From an uncultured Verrucomicrobiales bacterium (GTDB lineage: Bacteria > Verrucomicrobiota > Verrucomicrobiia > Verrucomicrobiales > DEV007), in assembly GCA_938091905.1 (NCBI GenBank), contig CALKOM010000064.1, forward strand, positions 1 through 28,837: DNA of 28,837 nt, read 5' to 3'. A program made the position numbers and the translations under genes. The notes under the pieces are model-generated. The model ran no database searches and was not told the origin of the DNA. It saw only the letters and a list, made by a program, of their open reading frames with translations. Numbering within the stretch: the stretch's first letter is position 1; each line of letters starts with the position of its first letter. Below are positions 25,622 to 28,837 of the stretch, piece after piece.

Positions 25622-27571
25622 GTGGACGCTATTCAGACTGCTGTAGATAACGGGAAACTCCTTGAATCGAGCGCCGCGAACATCGCGGGCCTCTTGAAAA
25701 CGAGTTCCGATCCGGTCGACAAGGCTGCGGTCGCTGAACTCGTGCAGGGCGAGCACTGGGAGGAACTGAACGATCGTTTTTTTAAGACCCTCGCGTTTGG
25801 CACGGGTGGCTTGCGGAGTCGCACCGTGGGCCGCGTGGTAACTCAGGCGGAACGTGGCCATGCGGCCGAGGGTGCCTGCCCACAATTTTCGTGTGTTGGT
25901 ACCAATGGGATGAACTATTACAATGTGAGTCGCGCTACACGCGGCCTCATTGCCTACGTGAAACAGTGGGTTGCGGAGAACGCTCCGTCGCAGCGGGCTT
26001 CGATCGCCATCTCGCATGACACGCGTTATTTCTCACGTGAGTTCGCGGAGTATGCGGCAAAGCTCTGTACGGACTTGGGCGTGGATGCCTATCTTGTCGA
26101 GTCTTGCCGTGCGACGCCGCAGGTCTCCTTTGCCGTTCGTCACTTTGGTTGCACTGCGGGCATCATGCTCACGGCAAGTCACAATCCTGCGCATGACAAT
26201 GGCTACAAAGTCTACTTCAACGATGGTTCTCAAATTGTTGAGCCTTATGCTAGTGGTATCATCGCAGAAGTGAACGCGCTGACCAGTGCGGCCTATGACC
26301 CACTGCCAAAGTCGGAACATGGTAAGCTTACAATCTTGGGCAAGGACATGGACGAACTTTACATGGATCGTTTGCAGACCTTGATGCTCCAGCCCGATCT
26401 TTTGGAGAAAGCCAAGGGGCTCAAGGTGGTCTTTACGAATCTCCACGGGACTGGAGGTGTCATTGTGACGCAGATGCTAGAGCGTCTGGGATTCAATTTC
26501 ATCACCGTGCCTGAGCAGGACGTTCAGGACGGTGCTTTTCCTACGGTGGCGTCGCCGAATCCTGAGAATCCGCAGGCTTTGGTCATGGCCATGGACTTGG
26601 CCAAGAAGGAGCAGGGTGACATCGTCATCGGAACGGATCCAGACTGCGATCGCATGGGCGTGGCGGTGCGTGATGCTCAGGGAGAGATGGTCTTGCTCAC
26701 CGGAAATCAGATCGGTTCTCTGTTAGCCTACTATCGAACGAAGACCATGATTGAGAAAGGCATGCTCACTGATGCAAACAAGGAGCGCGCCACCCTCGTG
26801 AAGACTTTTGTTACGACGAATCTCCAGACTGAGATCGCCAATCACTACGGCATTTCTTGTGTCAATACCCTCACAGGCTTCAAATACATTGGTCAGAAGC
26901 TTTCCAAGTATGAGCAGGCGTTACCTTTGCCTGAGGGCAAGACGTATGGTGAGTTGACTGAGGATGAGAGCCGAGCGTTGCGCCTGCAGTATTCCAAGTT
27001 CTTCGTCTTTGGCGGTGAAGAGAGTTACGGATACCTGGGCGGGGATTTCATTCGTGACAAGGATGGCAACGCTGCCGTTGTCATGTTCTGTGAGCTGGCT
27101 GCCTATGCAGTTTCGCGTGGTCTGACGTTGCCAGAACTTATGGATGAGGTTTACCAGACCTTCGGCTATTACAAAGAGGAACTGCAATCCGTGGTCATGG
27201 AAGGCGCCGAAGGTGCTGGCAAGATTCAGAAACTAGCCAACTCTTACACGAAGCAACCTCCGAAGGAAGTGGACGGCTCTGCAGTGAAGGCGGTGCGCAA
27301 TTTCGCGGAGGATGATTTCATCGATGAAGAAGGTGATGCCATTCCCAAGGAGAAGATGATCATGGTCGATTTGGAGGACGGCAGAAGCTTTGCTGTGCGT
27401 CCGTCTGGGACCGAGCCGAAGATCAAATACTATCTCTTTAGTCAGAACCCGACTGGTGGAAAGACCTTGTCGTCTGATGAGATTGCCTCGTTGAAAGACG
27501 ATTCTGCTTCAAAGCTCAAGTCACTCTGGAACTACCTCGAAAAGGATATCCAAGTGCGGCTCAGCGCCTGA
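25622..27571 (+). CDS. Phospho-sugar mutase (phosphoglucomutase/phosphomannomutase, alpha-D-phosphohexomutase family)
   Basis: FGTGGLR, catalytic TASHNP, metal loop DPDCDR, sugar-binding GEESYG, phosphate-binding RPSGTEPKIK. Confidence 0.95.
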   Translation: MDAIQTAVDNGKLLESSAANIAGLLKTSSDPVDKAAVAELVQGEHWEELNDRFFKTLAFGTGGLRSRTVGRVVTQAERGHAAEGACPQFSCVGTNGMNYYNVSRATRGLIAYVKQWVAENAPSQRASIAISHDTRYFSREFAEYAAKLCTDLGVDAYLVESCRATPQVSFAVRHFGCTAGIMLTASHNPAHDNGYKVYFNDGSQIVEPYASGIIAEVNALTSAAYDPLPKSEHGKLTILGKDMDELYMDRLQTLMLQPDLLEKAKGLKVVFTNLHGTGGVIVTQMLERLGFNFITVPEQDVQDGAFPTVASPNPENPQALVMAMDLAKKEQGDIVIGTDPDCDRMGVAVRDAQGEMVLLTGNQIGSLLAYYRTKTMIEKGMLTDANKERATLVKTFVTTNLQTEIANHYGISCVNTLTGFKYIGQKLSKYEQALPLPEGKTYGELTEDESRALRLQYSKFFVFGGEESYGYLGGDFIRDKDGNAAVVMFCELAAYAVSRGLTLPELMDEVYQTFGYYKEELQSVVMEGAEGAGKIQKLANSYTKQPPKEVDGSAVKAVRNFAEDDFIDEEGDAIPKEKMIMVDLEDGRSFAVRPSGTEPKIKYYLFSQNPTGGKTLSSDEIASLKDDSASKLKSLWNYLEKDIQVRLSA

Positions 27572-27794
27572 ATGGGTTTGTGGCCGGTCGCTCATAGATC
27601 TTCGATTGCTCGGGGGGTGATCTTAAGGTAGCCCCAAGCGTCTTGCCTGGCACACGGGCGACATTCGTATGTCTTCCACGATCGTCGACTATCGATGCGT
27701 TCAGATCAGCGCCTTCATCTCTCTTAGGCATTCTAAAGCGACTAGGCGCATTATCTGACTCCGTGGATCGATTAGCGAGCCGAGTGGAATTGGC

Positions 27795-28547
27795 GTGAAG
27801 TCCATTGAACAGAGAACTATAGAGAAGTCTTCCGTTTTGCAGCACTCCTTCCCTCAGACTCGTTGGACCATTCTCCTCTCCGCGAAGGCTAAAGATGCCG
27901 AGGTCTCGGCCAAAGCATGGCAAGAACTCGCTCTGGCCTATTGGAAGCCGGTTTATGCTTACATCCGAAGCCATGGCCGAACCCACCAGGACGGGCAAGA
28001 TGAAACGCAAGCCTTCTTCGCTCATCTCTTCGACCGAGACTTTCTGCGCAATCTTCAGCCCGAAGGCGGACGTTTCCGTAGTTTCCTATTGGTATGCCTA
28101 TACCATCGTCTGATCGACGAGCATCGGCGTCAAATCAATGCCAAACAAAGGGCTGAGGTTAGCATCGAAGTTTGGAATGAGATTGAGGCGATGGATACCA
28201 ATGGATTGTCGTATCCAGCAGCGGCTTCTGTTGAAGAAGCATTTGATCGCAACTGGGCAGACGAGCTGGTTGCGCGAGCTATGGTGCGTTTGGCGCAACG
28301 TTGGGTCATGCGTGCCGACTTGTTCGCGGAACTCTGTTTCTCGGTGGAGAGCCCGGGAGACGGTGCGAATTATGCTGACAGCGCCTCTCGAGTTGGCATG
28401 ACCACCGGTGCTGTGGGCAAGGCCGCCCATGATCTTCGTCAACAGTTTATCCAAGAGCTGCGGAGGGAGGTTCGCAACACCGTCGCTGAGGACGACGATG
28501 TTGAAGAAGAACTTCGCTACTTGGCGAGCCTGTGGGTGAAATCCTAA
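27795..28547 (+). CDS. ECF-type RNA polymerase sigma factor (PVC-type)
   Basis: FPQTRWTIL N-terminus, YWKPVYAYIR, QDETQAFF, GRFRSFLL, FDRNWA, region-4-like GMTTGAVGKAAHDLRQ and the tail TV....VEEELRYL. GTG start is uncertain. Confidence 0.82.
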   Translation: MKSIEQRTIEKSSVLQHSFPQTRWTILLSAKAKDAEVSAKAWQELALAYWKPVYAYIRSHGRTHQDGQDETQAFFAHLFDRDFLRNLQPEGGRFRSFLLVCLYHRLIDEHRRQINAKQRAEVSIEVWNEIEAMDTNGLSYPAAASVEEAFDRNWADELVARAMVRLAQRWVMRADLFAELCFSVESPGDGANYADSASRVGMTTGAVGKAAHDLRQQFIQELRREVRNTVAEDDDVEEELRYLASLWVKS

Positions 28548-28837
28548 CTAAAGCGATATTCCTGGCAAAGTTTTGGTAACGTCCGGGAAACGGGGGCTAA
28601 CTGAGTTTTAGGTCCGGAATGAGTTGAAAGCTTGAGGCTGCGTGGGGCAAAGATACCCCTGACAATAACTACAGCCCCAAGCCCTCGCAATATACTCTCG
28701 CTCTCAAAGTTGCCAACAGCATTTCCGATCAAGGTTGCTCCCTCGATGAGCTCGTTTCCAAGATCAAAGATCTCTTCGACTCGGAAGGGTTGCCCGGATT
28801 CATAGTACTTCTCCTCAGGCTCATTGACGAGTCCGTC
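28544..28837 (-). CDS. 3' end of a gene entering from the right edge, possibly with a degenerate MORN-variant repeat
   Basis: The frame is open from 28837 to TAG at 28544: DGLVNEPEEKYYESGQPFRVEEIFDLGNELIEG... The segment DG.....KYYESGQ resembles a MORN-2 repeat; the remainder is unrecognised. Confidence 0.4.
   Translation of the reverse strand, partial: DGLVNEPEEKYYESGQPFRVEEIFDLGNELIEGATLIGNAVGNFESESILRGLGAVVIVRGIFAPRSLKLSTHSGPKTQLAPVSRTLPKLCQEYRFS

Noticed and set aside
1..28837. CRISPR array, IS element, prophage, tRNA or rRNA
   Set aside because: I saw no regularly spaced nucleotide repeats, transposase/integrase or phage motifs, or RNA-gene signatures; the long repeats found are at protein level only.

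Overview
A 28.8 kb chromosomal segment, most likely from a Verrucomicrobiota (PVC superphylum) bacterium. That assignment is inferred from a PVC-type heme CxxCH protein, a PEP-CTERM protein, an RsmA-Nudix fusion, a verrucomicrobial-type ECF sigma factor and WxxxDP-repeat proteins. From left to right: (1) a partial LamG-like secreted protein; (2) a nitrilase-family hydrolase coupled to a 1538-aa FG-GAP/beta-propeller/HEAT/cytochrome c protein; (3) a start-less remnant of a WxxxDP-repeat gene; (4) a secreted four-repeat beta protein split by one in-frame TGA; (5) a + strand cluster of a Cys-less thioredoxin-fold fusion, an active HtrA-like protease, an HtrA-like pseudo-protease and an MBL hydrolase; (6) a mini-secretin pseudogene with two in-frame stops; (7) a minus-strand run of rsmA-Nudix, TolC, an EF-hand membrane fusion protein, ABC ATPase, MacB-type permease and SGNH hydrolase; (8) a PEP-CTERM gene, two secreted repeat proteins, a phospho-sugar mutase, an ECF sigma with no adjacent kinase, and a partial ORF. 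I saw no rRNA, tRNA, CRISPR array or transposase. The best candidate for an undescribed system is the periplasmic cluster at 8001-11870, where two apparent pseudoenzymes flank an intact protease. All family calls come from motif recognition by eye, not from database searches.
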